Assembly (NCBI GenBank): GCA_047637875.1 | Contig: JBLJBH010000038.1 | Coordinates: forward strand, 1,969 to 65,968 | Length of the DNA: 64,000 nucleotides | Direction: 5' to 3' | DNA from: Patescibacteria group bacterium | GTDB lineage: Bacteria > Patescibacteriota > Gracilibacteria > BD1-5 > UBA6164 | Part shown: positions 1 through 11,670 of the stretch, one piece after another | How positions within the stretch are numbered: the stretch's first letter is position 1 | Layout: every line of letters starts with the position of its first letter | The notes under the pieces: generated by a model | Told to the model about the DNA's origin: nothing | Seen by the model: the letters and a program-made list of their open reading frames with translations, nothing else | The model's database searches: none | Program-made: the position numbers and the translations under genes

Positions 1-64
1 TATTGAGTTCTACTCAAAATAATACTTTGATTTATATTTTTGTTATTTCATAATTTTACTAAAA

Positions 65-1045
65 ATGCATATTATACATAATATAATTTGAGTTCCAAAA
101 ATTTCTCAACAAGACTTAGAAGTAAATGTTTCTAAATTTACTTTAGGACCTTTACCAAAATGATATTGAGTAACTTTATGAAACTCTTTAAGAAGAGTAC
201 TTTTATCTTCTATACCTTGAACTAGAGTAACTTGAATAAAAGTAGCTTGAGTAAGTCATGAGTATTCAACTCTTCCATGAGTTAAAGATAGTGTGTTAGA
301 TATAATGTTAAACTTAAAAAGTTTAATTATTGATAAAAAAACTACAGATATTGAATGGATAAAGTTATCAAAAAATAAAGCTTGAAAAGTTTTAGCTTCT
401 GATATAAAAACTTCTGCTTGAATTGAAATTTTAAATAAAGACCTTTATATTACTGAAATTGATAAAGATGGTTTAGCTCTTGATATTGAAATCAGAGTAG
501 AAAAATCTGTTTGATATTTAAGTATTGAAGAACTTAAAAAAAGAGAAGATGATGTTAATGTTTTATTAGTTGATGCTAATTTTTCACCTGTAATAAGTGT
601 AAAATATGAAGTAAATGATACAAGATTTTGAGATATTACAAACTTAGATTCACTTGAAATGACTATTTCAACAAATTGAGTTATATCTCCTGTAGATTCT
701 TTAAAATTTTCTTCTAATATGTTATCATCATATTTTGGAATATTTAATGAAGAATCTCTACAAGTAGAATGACAATTTATTTCAAATGTAGCTGATTTAC
801 TTCAAAAAGAAAAAGAAGAAATTAAAGAAGAACTTGAAAAAGAAACATATACTCCAATCGAAATTATGTGACTTTCACCAAGAACTTTAAATGCTTTAAT
901 CAATTGAAATATACTTTCAATTGAACAACTTGTTAAATGTACAGAAACTAAACTTTCATCAATAAAATGATTCTGAAAGAAAGCTATGACAGAAATAAGA
1001 GAAGCACTTTGAGAAAGAGGTTTAAAACTTCTTTGAGACGATTAA
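65..1045 (+). CDS. rpoA: DNA-directed RNA polymerase subunit alpha
   Basis: 326 aa with TGA=Gly. N-terminal GYGVTLGNSLRRVLLSSIPG and C-terminal domain LSPRTLNALINGNI..IKGFGKKAMTEI. ATG 65, TAA 1043-1045, length divisible by 3. Confidence 0.93.
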
Positions 1046-1094
1046 AAAAATTGGTTTTTAACCAAAAAAATTATTAATTATTAATTTAATTACT

Positions 1095-1457
1095 ATGAGA
1101 CATAGAGTAAGGAAAAACTTAAAGTTTAACTGAAAAACATTCCAACATAGGAAAGCTATGGAAAGAAATCTTTTAACGAATTTATTTTTACATAAAGCTA
1201 TTAAAACTACTCCAAAAAAAGCTGCTTTAATTGCTCCAATGATAGATAAAATGATAAATGTTGTTAACTCAAAAGATGAAATGAATGCTATCAGATATGT
1301 TATGCAATATTTATTTACTAAAGAATCATCTTTAGAATTATTTAAAAATATAGCCCCAAAATTTAAATGAAATAAAACTTCTTGATTTACAAGAGTTACT
1401 CCTATAAAATATAGGGATTGAGATAATGCTAAATTAGTATTACTTGAATTACTTTAG
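1095..1457 (+). CDS. rplQ: 50S ribosomal protein L17
   Basis: [30 protein letters not shown] is a typical L17 N-terminus. In frame with track ORF 1158-1370. Confidence 0.9.
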
Positions 1458-1480
1458 TTATTATTTATAAAAAGCATATT

Positions 1481-1912
1481 ATGAAAACATTAATGCCAAA
1501 ACAATTATCAAATGATTCTAGAAAATGGTACGTAGTTGATGCAGAAGGTCAAACCCTTGGTAGACTTGCTACACAAATTGCTATAATCTTAAAATGAAAA
1601 AATAAAGTTTCATTTGCTCCACATTTAGATAATTGAGATTACGTTGTAGTAATCAATTCAGAAAAAATTTCTGTTACAGGAAATAAAATGGAGGGAAAAA
1701 TTTATTATAGACATACTGGATTTATGTGAGGGTTAAAACAAATTACTCTTGGTAAATTAATGGTTAAAAAACCAACTGAAGCTTTACATAAAGCAGTGTC
1801 TTGAATGTTACCAAAAAATAAATTAAGAGCTGATATGTTAGCAAGATTGAAACTAGTTGTTTGAAGTGAACACAGTTTTAAAGCTCAACAACCAGAAACA
1901 ATAACTTTATAA
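1481..1912 (+). CDS. rplM: 50S ribosomal protein L13
   Basis: [46 protein letters not shown]. 143 aa. Confidence 0.92.
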
Positions 1913-1930
1913 TAATTATACTTTAAAATT

Positions 1931-2323
1931 ATGGCTAATAAATATATTCATGCAATTTGAAGAAGAAAAACAGCTACTGCTCAAGTAAGATTATTTGAAT
2001 GAGCTGGTAATTCTACAATAAATTGAAAAGAAGTTTCAACTTATATAACAAGACAAGACTTATTTGAAACAGCTTTTGCTCCAGTAAAATTATGTTCTTT
2101 AAAAGATAAAGTTTTTTTTGAAGTTAAAGTAGAATGAAGCTGAATTTCAGCACAAGTTCAAGCTATTAGACATGGACTTTCTAGAGCTTTAGCTGAAAAA
2201 GAAGAAGGGTTTAAAAAAACTTTAAAAGCAGCTTGATTATTAACAAGAGATGCCAGAAAAGTTGAAAGAAAAAAACCAGGAAAGAAAAAAGCAAGAAAAT
2301 CTCCATCTTGGTCAAAAAGATAG
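1931..2323 (+). CDS. rpsI: 30S ribosomal protein S9
   Basis: GRRKTATAQVRL ... LLTRDARKVERKKPGKKKARKSPSWSKR C-terminus. 130 aa. Confidence 0.92.
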
Positions 2324-2358
2324 TTTATTCTTTTTTCTTAAACAATACTATTATATAT

Positions 2359-2386
2359 TTGACAAATGCTTATTTTTTAATAAAAT
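2359..2386 (+). promoter_or_regulatory. candidate sigma70-type promoter upstream of rpsL
   Basis: TTGACA (2359-2364), 16-nt spacer, TAAAAT (2381-2386), 31 nt before the rpsL ATG. -10-like hexamers are common in this AT-rich DNA, so this is weak. Confidence 0.35.
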
Positions 2387-2417
2387 TTTGTCGTTTTAAA
2401 TTAATAAATTACTAAAA

Positions 2418-2840
2418 ATGACTACTATAAATCAATTAGTAAAAAAGAGTAGAAAAGACAAAGTAAGAAAGAGTAAATCTCCAGCTTTACAAGTTATTAA
2501 AAACTCTATTAAAGGTAATAAACAAACTGAATTACCAAAAGGATGTCCACAAAAAAGATGAGTTTGTACAAAAGTTACAACAATGACTCCAAAAAAACCA
2601 AACTCAGCCCTTAGAAAAGTAGCTAAAGTTAGATTAACTAATGGTTATGAAGTAAATGCTTATATTGGATGAGAATGACACAATCTTCAAGAACACTCTG
2701 TAGTTGCTATTAGAGGTTGAAGAGTTAAAGATCTTCCATGAGTAAGATATCATATCGTTAGATGATTACTTGATACTGAAGGTGTAAAAAATAGAAAACA
2801 AGGTAGAAGTTTGTATTGAGCAAAAAGACCTAAAAAATAG
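2418..2840 (+). CDS. rpsL: 30S ribosomal protein S12
   Basis: [63 protein letters not shown]. 140 aa. Carries a ~16-aa insertion after PAL (2490-2543). Confidence 0.95.
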
Positions 2841-2846
2841 TAGCTT

Positions 2847-2901
2847 AAATCTGAAAGTTTAAAGCTAGAAGTTTTTCTTTAAGTTTTAAACTTTCAGATT
2901 T
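2847..2901 (+). promoter_or_regulatory. perfect 17-bp stem-loop in the rpsL-rpsG spacer
   Basis: AAATCTGAAAGTTTAAA (2847-2863) pairs with TTTAAACTTTCAGATTT (2885-2901), 21-nt loop, no T-tract after it. Confidence 0.5.
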
Positions 2902-2974
2902 CCTATCTATATTACATAAAGAGTAATCTAGCTTTTGTTAGGTGAAAATTTTACTTTATTATTTATAAAAAATT

Positions 2975-3412
<438 letters not shown>

Positions 3413-3440
3413 TTTAATTTTAATTCTTAAGTAAAAATAT

Positions 3441-3713
3441 ATGGCTCACAAGAAAGCTCAATGATCAACGAATAATGGTCGTGATTCCAATGCCAAAAGA
3501 CTCTGAGTGAAAATATTTGGAGGACTTGAAGCTAGAACTGGAAATATTATAATAAGACAAAAAGGAAATAAATTCTGGCCAGGTGAAGGTGTTTCACAAG
3601 GAAATGATTTTACTTTATATGCAAATAGAGACTGAATAGTTTCATTTCAAGAAAAAAGAAGAGTAAGATTTGATGGAAGAGTTTATAGAGATACTTATGT
3701 TTCAGTAAAATAA
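3441..3713 (+). CDS. rpmA: 50S ribosomal protein L27
   Basis: [28 protein letters not shown]...[16 protein letters not shown]. 90 aa. Confidence 0.92.
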
Positions 3714-3747
3714 TAAAAAAATCAAGCTTTAGCTTGATTTTTTTATT
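3714..3747 (+). terminator. rho-independent terminator after rpmA
   Basis: ATCAAGCT-TT-AGCTTGAT hairpin followed by a T-run. Confidence 0.8.
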
Positions 3748-3789
3748 ACATGATATAATATAACTTCTTATTTTGATAATATTATTTTT

Positions 3790-3984
3790 ATGAATACTAC
3801 TAAATTTTCTCATTGGAGAGATGAATTAAAAAAGAAGCCACAGGCAGAACCAGTTATTCTTGATGGAAATACTGGAAAGATTTTATCTGAAAAACAAATT
3901 AATGATGAAAAAATTGCATCTCTTCGTGCAGCATGAGCATCTGATTTTGAAACTATATTTAGGGAAATATTTCGTCATAGATAG
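3790..3984 (+). CDS. hypothetical small protein (64 aa)
   Basis: Open frame ATG 3790 to TAG 3982-3984 with one in-frame TGA. No recognisable motif. The stop lies inside a hairpin (ATATTTCGTC..GACGAAATAT). Confidence 0.4.
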
Positions 3985-5814
3985 ACGAAATATTATGCCA
4001 TTATAGCTCAGTTGGTAGAGCGTTCCCATGGTAAGGGAGAGGTCACGGGTTCAATTCCCGTTAATGGCACCATTTATGTTAAAAAAAAAATCTAATCCCT
4101 CGTTAAGCTCTAATATAACAGACTTACGAGGGGTTATTTTTATGTTCAAAAACAGAATTTCATTAATTTTTCTCTTTTGAACATAAGAAGCCTTTTTATA
4201 GATAGCAGAGGCATTTCTTAGTAAATCAGTGATAACTTCATATTTAAATAAAATATCATTATTTTTTTGATTTACATTGTTTACTTCTGAATTTAAATCA
4301 TTTAAAACTTTTTCTATTTTCTTTTTTTCTTCTTGATAAATCGTTTCTTCATTTTCATCTCTCATTTTTCAAAGATTATTTTTAATAAAATCTTTTAATT
4401 TGTTTTCCATTTTTCAAATTTGTATATTTAACAACCTTTTTTGCTCTTTTATATCAAAATCCCCCCTATCAATTCTTTCTTTGATAAGGATTAACAAATT
4501 TCAATAATCTTCCTCTGTTATTTTTATTTTTTTCAGTAATTTTAAGATTTCTTTTTCTATTTCTTCGTATGTAATACTTAATTTTACTTGATTACAAGCA
4601 TATTTTATTTGATGTGGTTGAACTATATCTCAATAATCCAAATTATTATTTCCTGTTTGTTGTTTTAATTCTTTAAGTTTAGGAACAAATCTTTTTTCGA
4701 AATTAGGTAAAGTACAATTAAAATTATACTTTCCATCTTCTGTAATAAGCATTTCATTATGTATCGCCATTATATCATCAATATGTGGTTTTACTTTATT
4801 TTGTGTTCTTACCAATTTTCATTCTCAAACTCCTCATATTTGATATATAAGTTGAGTAAATTCATCTTCTGTAATAAGAGGTTCATAATAATCATTTTTT
4901 TCTCTTAAATCTACTTCCTGTTTTCAATAGACAAAAACTCAATAATAAAAAGAGTCTCTCCAAACTTGATAAAGTTTCGTATCCATAGCTTTTCACTCTC
5001 TTCATTTATCATTTTTAAATTCCCTTTTAAATCAATTATCATTTAAATATTCGGCAATTCTTTCATCACTTTCATTTTTTAATTTCATCATAAAAGCTTC
5101 TCTCATAAGAGGAAAATTAACAGGATGTGGCATATGATATCCTGTTTCCTCATCTATATAATACCCCATTTTATAAATTCAAACTGCTTTTCACTTTGCG
5201 TGAGCAGAATAACTTCATCTTGCACTATCTTCACTTAACTTATCTGAATATTGTTTTGAGAATACAAACCACATTCATAGCATCATTTTTCCACTTGCAT
5301 TATTTTCAAAATGGAAATTTGTATATTTTAAATCAACTTTTCATTCATCTACCAAATTGATAATCTCTCATCATTCAACCATATTTCTTGCTTGTCTATC
5401 TGGTGAATATGATAAAATTCATTTAATTTTTCAGGTTTTAATAAGTGAAATAAGTTTTAACCATTTTTTTCTTATTCCTGGTGTTTTTCAAGACTTTTGT
5501 TCTTCTATGATAAATAAATTTTGAGTTTTTTCTCTTAAAACTTCATCTTCGATAGTTTCAGTACTGGTTTTCTTTTTTAGTCAAAGAAATTCGTTTTCTT
5601 TAAAATCAAAATGAGAAAAAGTTGAGTTTTTTTCCATTAATTTGATATTATTAACCAAAGCAAAATTATAACAAACTCTAATTTGGTCTTCGATTGATTG
5701 CGTTTGTTTTCCTGATGCCTCATCTGTTGATTTTCTGACATAAATTACATATTCTATTTCTTCTATATTTTCTATTTTTTTGATTTTAGTTCTCGATGTT
5801 TTTGATATAACCAT
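3883..5814 (-). CDS. large serine recombinase (integrase of the element)
   Basis: N-terminus YVRKSTDEASGKQTQSIEDQ (catalytic Ser motif), SPDRQARN, then a recombinase and coiled-coil region. Recognisable body is 4054-5814 (587 aa), with many in-frame TGA. Under code 25 the frame reads through TGA at 4051-4053 and across the tRNA to TAA 3883-3885. This 56-codon tail is probably an integration artefact. Confidence 0.8.
3997..4072 (+). tRNA. tRNA-Thr (anticodon GGU), CCA encoded
   Basis: Hand-folded cloverleaf. Acceptor GCCATTA/TAATGGC, D stem GCTC/GAGC, anticodon stem TTCCC/GGGAG with loop ATGGTAA, T arm ACGGG-TTCAATT-CCCGT, discriminator A plus CCA. 76 nt. Confidence 0.9.
4051..4077. repeat. 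attL: left copy of the direct repeat (core 4053-4068 AATTCCCGTTAATGGC)
   Basis: 16/16 identical to 20566-20581. Identity is about 22/27 over 4051-4077 versus 20564-20590. Covers the T-arm and acceptor 3' strand of tRNA-Thr. Confidence 0.65.
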
Positions 5815-5940
5815 AATAAATATAAATTAAATTATAAATTGCTCATCATTATACATATTTTCATATAAAAGTATAGATAATTTAAAAATTTTTGTGTGTT
5901 TAGAATATGTGACAACATTTATTTTTTAATTTTCTTAAAA

Positions 5941-6510
5941 ATGTGAAAAATTAATAAAAATACTTTTAATATAAGGCAAATATTATTTATCTCTAGTTTA
6001 AGAGAAAATATATTTAGAGAGCAACTTTTTGTAAACAGTGAAATTGATTTGATAATTTATTATGATAAAGATATAAATGACTTTAAATTCGGTAAATTTG
6101 AGGATATTAATGGAAAAAATATCGAAGTTATTTATACTTTACCGTGGTGATATTCTAGGATAAATGAAACCGTAGATTTTTCAAATATGTATATGGATAT
6201 TTATATAGATTTTTGCTCTAGTTCAAAAGATGAAATAAAGAAAATATTGTCAAAAGAAGTAAAATTTAGCAATGAAGACTTTGAAAAGTTTTATATCGAA
6301 TTATTAAAATTAAAAGAAAAAGATTACTGAGATGATTGGCTGATTTTTTATATTTTTATTTCAGATTTAAGTGAAAAAAGTAAGCTTTTTGATAACTACT
6401 TCGATATAGTTCGCTTTAAAGAATATATGAGGCAAAAAATTGAAAGCAACGAGCTAAAAGATATGGAAGATATTGTTTTAAATTTTAGATATGAAAATGT
6501 GTTTTCATAA
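5941..6510 (+). CDS. hypothetical protein (189 aa)
   Basis: Continuous frame ATG 5941 to TAA 6508-6510 with TGA=Gly. No motif recognised. Confidence 0.5.
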
Positions 6511-6522
6511 TATTTAAAACTG

Positions 6523-6550
6523 AAAAAGACCTAATTTCTAGGTCTTTTTT
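6523..6550. terminator. bidirectional hairpin terminator (end of the hsd operon and of 5941-6510)
   Basis: AGACCTA-ATTTC-TAGGTCT flanked by an A-run and a T-run. Confidence 0.75.
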
Positions 6551-6551
6551 G

Positions 6552-7976
6552 CTATTTTATAATCTTTCTCAATTCGCTAACCAAAACTTTTATCTCATCA
6601 TCATTTTTTTCTATATTTTCAATGATTTCGAGTGGACTTCTTAAATTTTCTTCTTTCGCTTTATTTGGATTTTTTGCTGATAAATCAAAGTCTTTTATAT
6701 CTTCAACTTTTACAATCCACGAATTTTCTCAAACAACTCTATTTTTTAGTAGATTTGGAATTTCTTTTATTTCATCGTAAGTGATAGGCTTGTTTTTTGT
6801 CAAAGTTCTTCCAAGATTTATTTCATAATACCAAATATCTTTTGTACTTCAATTTCTATCAAAAAATATTATGTTTGTTTTTACTCAGGCATAAGGTAAA
6901 AATACTCAGGCAGGAAGAGAAATAATACTATGTAAATTAAAATCTTCTAAAATCCATTTTTTAACATCTCAAAAAGCATTTCCTGTATTAAATAACACTC
7001 ATTCTGGAATTATAACTCAAACTTTTCATCAAAGTTTAACACTTTTAAGTATATGTTGTAAAAATAGTATTTCTGTTGCATTAGTTTTAATAGGAAAGTT
7101 TATTTGAACTTGTGATTTAATTATTCATCAAAATGGTGGATTTGCTAATACAACATCATATCTATCTTTTTCTTGAATATCTTTTATATTTTGTGCTAAT
7201 GTATCTGTTTTCTTTATATTTGGATTTGGAACTCAATGTAAAATCATATTCATCACTCACATAATGTATGCAAGTGGTGTTTTTTCATTTCAAAAAAAGC
7301 TATGTTTTTGTAAAAAATCTAGTTCTTTATCATTTTTTTCTTGTGCATTCATATGATTAAATGCTTCGATTAAAAATCAACAACTTCAAGTTGCAGGGTC
7401 ATAAACAGTTTGTCATATTTTAGGTTCTAAAACATCAACTACTATTTTAATAATACTTCTAGGAGTATAAAATTCTCAATTATTTCATCAAGCATTTCAC
7501 ATTTCTTTTAACAAATCTTCATATACTTGACTCAATTCAAATAAATCTTCTTGTTTTTGAAAACTTAAAGAATTAACTATATCAATAACTTCTCTTATAT
7601 TATTTCAATCTTCAATTCTATTATTAATAAAGAAAAATACTTCTCATATTTTATACTTTATTGAAGAAAAGTTTTCGGTTGAATTTCTAAAAGATTTTAA
7701 ATAAGGAAACAAAGAGTTATTAATAAAATCTTTTAAATCATCTCCATTAATATATCATTTTTGTAAATTAATCCAGTTAGCCCACCTATATTTTTCATCT
7801 AAAATATAAGTATAATTTTTTCAATCTAAAAATGCTTTATCATTTTCAGTAGTTTCAAAATCATCAAGGAATTTTAAAAATAATATCCAAGATATTTGTT
7901 CTGTATAGGACATTGCTCAAGATATTCCAGAGTCAGTACGAAGAACATCTTTAATTCTTGAAATTTGTTGTTTCAT
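6552..7976 (-). CDS. hsdM: type I restriction-modification system, DNA methyltransferase subunit M
   Basis: 474 aa. GEFYTPR, DPATGSCGFL and NPPFGG motifs. Confidence 0.93.
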
Positions 7977-7978
7977 AT

Positions 7979-8833
7979 TTATTTTTTAAAAGATAAAATA
8001 AAGTCATATATTTCTTCAAAATCAAACGAGAAATCATTATTCAAAACTGGTTTTAAGTCTGTCTCAACTTGTTTTTTTAGATTTTCAAAGTTTTCCTCTA
8101 GTGTATATTTATAATCAACTTCATTCAATTTTATTTCAAGTAATTTTTTAAACTCTTTATCTTCAAAATCAAAATTTCAAAATTGCTTTACATACCAAAT
8201 ATCGAAAAAATCTCTAATTGCTGGAACTCATCTTGTAAGACTTGCTCTTAATTTTTCAGCTATTGCTTCTTTTAAATCAATACAATTTATAAAATGAGCT
8301 CAAAAAATATTTTCTTCTAAAACAACATCTTTAAAAAATGATTTAATTTCTCCTGAAAAAGGTTCAATATATAATTTATTTTTAAGTGAAATATCTATTT
8401 TTATAGTTTGAGTTGAATTATCTATAATTGAGTTATATTCAAAAGTAAACATAGCAAGTTTATAACTATCATATTTTGTTCTTTCTTCTCTTAAATTTAT
8501 TCATAAGATTTTTAAATCTTCTATAAAATTATTTTCATATTCTTTAAGTAATGTTTTTCTAGCTCTTGCTCATAAATCAGTATTTAAAACAAAATCTAAA
8601 TCTTCTGAAAGTCTAAAATATGGAAAATATACTTTATTTAAGCAAGTTCATCATTTGAAAATTAAATCTGGATATTTTTCTCAAAATTTTACCAAAATAA
8701 TAGTCAGTAAAAAATCTTTTTCTACTTTATCTAAGGGAAAATCTTTATTTGATTTTTTTAAAATATTTAGATAATCTTCTTTTGATAAATTACTATATTC
8801 TTTTAAAAAATTATTAATTTTTTTAATATACAT
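7979..8833 (-). CDS. abiEii: nucleotidyltransferase AbiEii/AbiGii-family toxin
   Basis: 284 aa. FKGGTCLNKVYFPYFRLSEDLDF matches the hallmark of the DUF1814/AbiEii NTase family. Stop is 2 nt before the hsdM start. Verified codon by codon. Confidence 0.8.
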
Positions 8834-9413
8834 ACTTTTTTATTTTATTATTTACAGTAATTGAAGCATATTTTTTTGCTAATTTTTCTAATTTATTTTT
8901 ATCAACTCAATATGGAAGATTATTAAAATCTTTTCCTTCTTTTATCATCTGAATAAAAGCTCTTTCAATAGTCATAATTTTATATGGGTATCATTCAAAT
9001 TTTTCATTTTTTATACCATAAAAAAAACTTTCTCTTTGTTTTACGAATATAAATTTAGAATTTCAAATAATTTTTTTTCAAGATTTTTTAGTATTATAAA
9101 TAGTTTGCCATTCTGCTATTTGTTCAGTTAAACTATATCTATTATAAATTCATAATCATCCAAATACATATACATCATCTCACATATACAAATCTCAAAC
9201 TACAAAAGAATTTATAATTGCTTTTGTTTTATTGTTTATGTATATTTTTCACTTTTTTATAGGAGTTAAGAGTTCTAATTTGCATAAATCTTTAATAGAA
9301 TAGTTTGGAGCAAACTTATCTAATATTTTTTGTAAGTATCCACTTGTAATATATGGTTTTGAATATAATTCAAGTTTTTCTCTTATTATTGCTATTTTAT
9401 TTACTTGTTTCAT
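8823..9413 (-). CDS. abiEi: putative AbiEi-like antitoxin / wHTH protein
   Basis: 196 aa. Overlaps the abiEii start by 11 nt, as cognate pairs often do. The N-terminal region looks like a wHTH. The call rests mainly on position. Confidence 0.55.
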
Positions 9414-9477
9414 AAATATTTTGTGTGTAGTAAAGTGGTAATATTATATCTTTTCATACCACAAATGCAAATATTTT

Positions 9478-10674
9478 TTACTCTTTCACCAATCTTCATT
9501 CAAAAGCATCTTTTAATAAACTTTGTTTTAGTTCTTCTAATTCTTTTAATTGTAATTCATATTTTGTTTTTAATTCTTTGTTTTTTGCAAATACTTCATC
9601 TAAATATGAAACAATTTCTTTTTGTTTTTCTAGTGGTGGAAGTGGGATTTGAAAACTTCTTAAATATCATAATCAAACAAATTTTTGAGTTGCTCAATTT
9701 GCTTCATTTAACATCTTTTTGATAACTAAATCTGATAATAAATAATACTTTAAAAACTCCATTATAATAATTTCATTTTTTTTCTTGAATAATGCCACAT
9801 TTTTAATTGCAAAATTTGGTTCAAAATTTACAATTGTAGGATTTCATATTGTTCAAATCATAGCAAACAACAAATCTCATTTATCAACTTTACTTCTTTT
9901 ATTTATATTTATATAATCATTTTCACTTATTAGTTTTACATTTGTTAAATCTATTGAATTATCTATCAAATTTTTTGAGGTCACAAGAGGAAATCATTCT
10001 TTAAAAAACTTTGGAGAGTCGTGAGTTCAATCTCTAACATCAAATATTTCTCATAATTTCTTCATTTCATACTCTCACTCACTAAAAACTTTTTCTAAAA
10101 CACTTTTGTTTAATTCTTCAAGATTTTTGAGATTTTCTTTTGTGAGATTTATGTTTTTATCTATGTTTTCAAAAGCTGAGTCTAGTTTTTGAACTATGAG
10201 TTTTTGGGTTGAAAGTGGTGGAAGTGGGATTGGAATTTGTTCAACTTCTTTGATTTGCAAATTTGCTATTCAAGTTGTTTTCTTGGAAAATATTCTTACT
10301 GTTTTTTGGGTTTTATCTGAATTATAAAAATAATAAAAATAATTATAATCTATAAAATCTTTTAATGGTCTAAAACAAGATATAAATCATCATAATGTTG
10401 CTTTATATCATAGATTTTCTATTAAACAGCATTTTCATAATAATTCTAAACTATTTGCACTAGAAATAAGTAAATCTCAATCTTGTAAAAACTTTTCTTC
10501 ATTTTTTACTATTGATTTATCAATATAAATTATATCACTCTCATCTAATTTTGTTTGGATATTTTTAGTTCTAAAACAAGCTAATCAAGTTTTTACATCC
10601 AAAATATCAGATGGTTTATAAGTTACTCATCTTATAGTTTTTACTATTTCTCAAAGTTTTTTTGTTGGGTACAT
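9478..10674 (-). CDS. hsdS: type I restriction-modification system, specificity subunit S
   Basis: 398 aa. Two target-recognition halves, each followed by the conserved IPLPPL..Q..I...LD helix region. In frame with track ORF 10075-10260. Confidence 0.9.
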
Positions 10675-10681
10675 AATTATT

Positions 10682-11653
10682 TTATTTCATTGTAATTAAA
10701 AATTCATATAATTTAATTCAAGAGTCTATTCATTTTGCTCATAAATTTTTATCTATCTTATTTAAATTTTTATGAACTATATTATTTCTTATTCATCTTA
10801 AAATGTTTATATTGATTAAATCTTCTTTATATTTTAAATAATTATTTTTTTCTAAAATCAATGGTAAATATGTATTTAATAAAAGATTAAAGGTTAATTC
10901 TAGCTCTAAATCTTTTATTTTTTTATTACTTAATCATATTTCATTAAATTTATTTTTAATAAACTCTCAAAATAATATTTCCAAAATAATACTTGCTTCT
11001 AATAATGAAAATCTATCTCAGAATAGAACTCTTGACTTTAATTTAATTAATTTCAAAATATTTTCCTCTTCTAAAATATTCATATTAGTTACTTTTCGCA
11101 TCTTTTCCCACTTTTCTTTTGTTAACAATACATCATCAGAATAAATAGAATTTATAGTTTTTTTATCTTTTGATATTTTTTTTATCTCTTCAAATTTTAT
11201 TTTTCTAAAATCAATTCAATCATTTGAAATTTCTAATTTATATCAATCAATTAAAGAAAAACTATTATTATTTAAAAAACTTCAAATATATCAGGTTCTA
11301 AAATTTAAATATTCAAAGTTTCATATTCTATAAAATAATAATGAAATTTTTTTTATAACTTTTTCATAGATTAAATATATTTTTTTTCAAGTTTCAATAG
11401 TGATATTTTCACCTAATAGTTCATTATATAAATTATCATCTCAATTTATAGTTATAATCATAAATTGAGATGGTGATAAATCAATATAACCATTTACAGG
11501 TTTTTCTTCTTTTTTTATAAAATAATTGACTTCATAATTATCTAAATTTATTTTCAAAGGATTTTTTTCTAATTCATCCGACCAATATGAAGTTCAAAAA
11601 TCGCACAATCATTCAAGAGATGGAATATTTATTCTTAAATATATTTTTTTCAT
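10682..11653 (-). CDS. hypothetical protein with a C-terminal HEPN-like R-x4-H motif
   Basis: 323 aa, verified codon by codon. C-terminal helical region ends with LRGIRNNIVHKN (RNNIVH = Rx4H). Lies 7 nt upstream of hsdS. Confidence 0.55.
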
Positions 11654-11670
11654 TTTTTTATAAAAAATAA

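Noticed and set aside
9405-9722. 105-aa plus-strand ORF. Similar antisense ORFs occur at 5127-5360, 20667-20948, 40247-40510 and 44742-45071.
   Set aside because: All lie antisense to genes with strong motif support (hsdS, recombinase, marR, PKD protein, methyltransferase) and give hydrophobic low-complexity peptides.
4051-10674. The serine recombinase acting as an invertase that phase-varies hsdS.
   Set aside because: There is no second or partial inverted hsdS copy and no inverted repeats flanking hsdS. The recombinase is of the large (integrase) type and sits at the att site 3.6 kb away.
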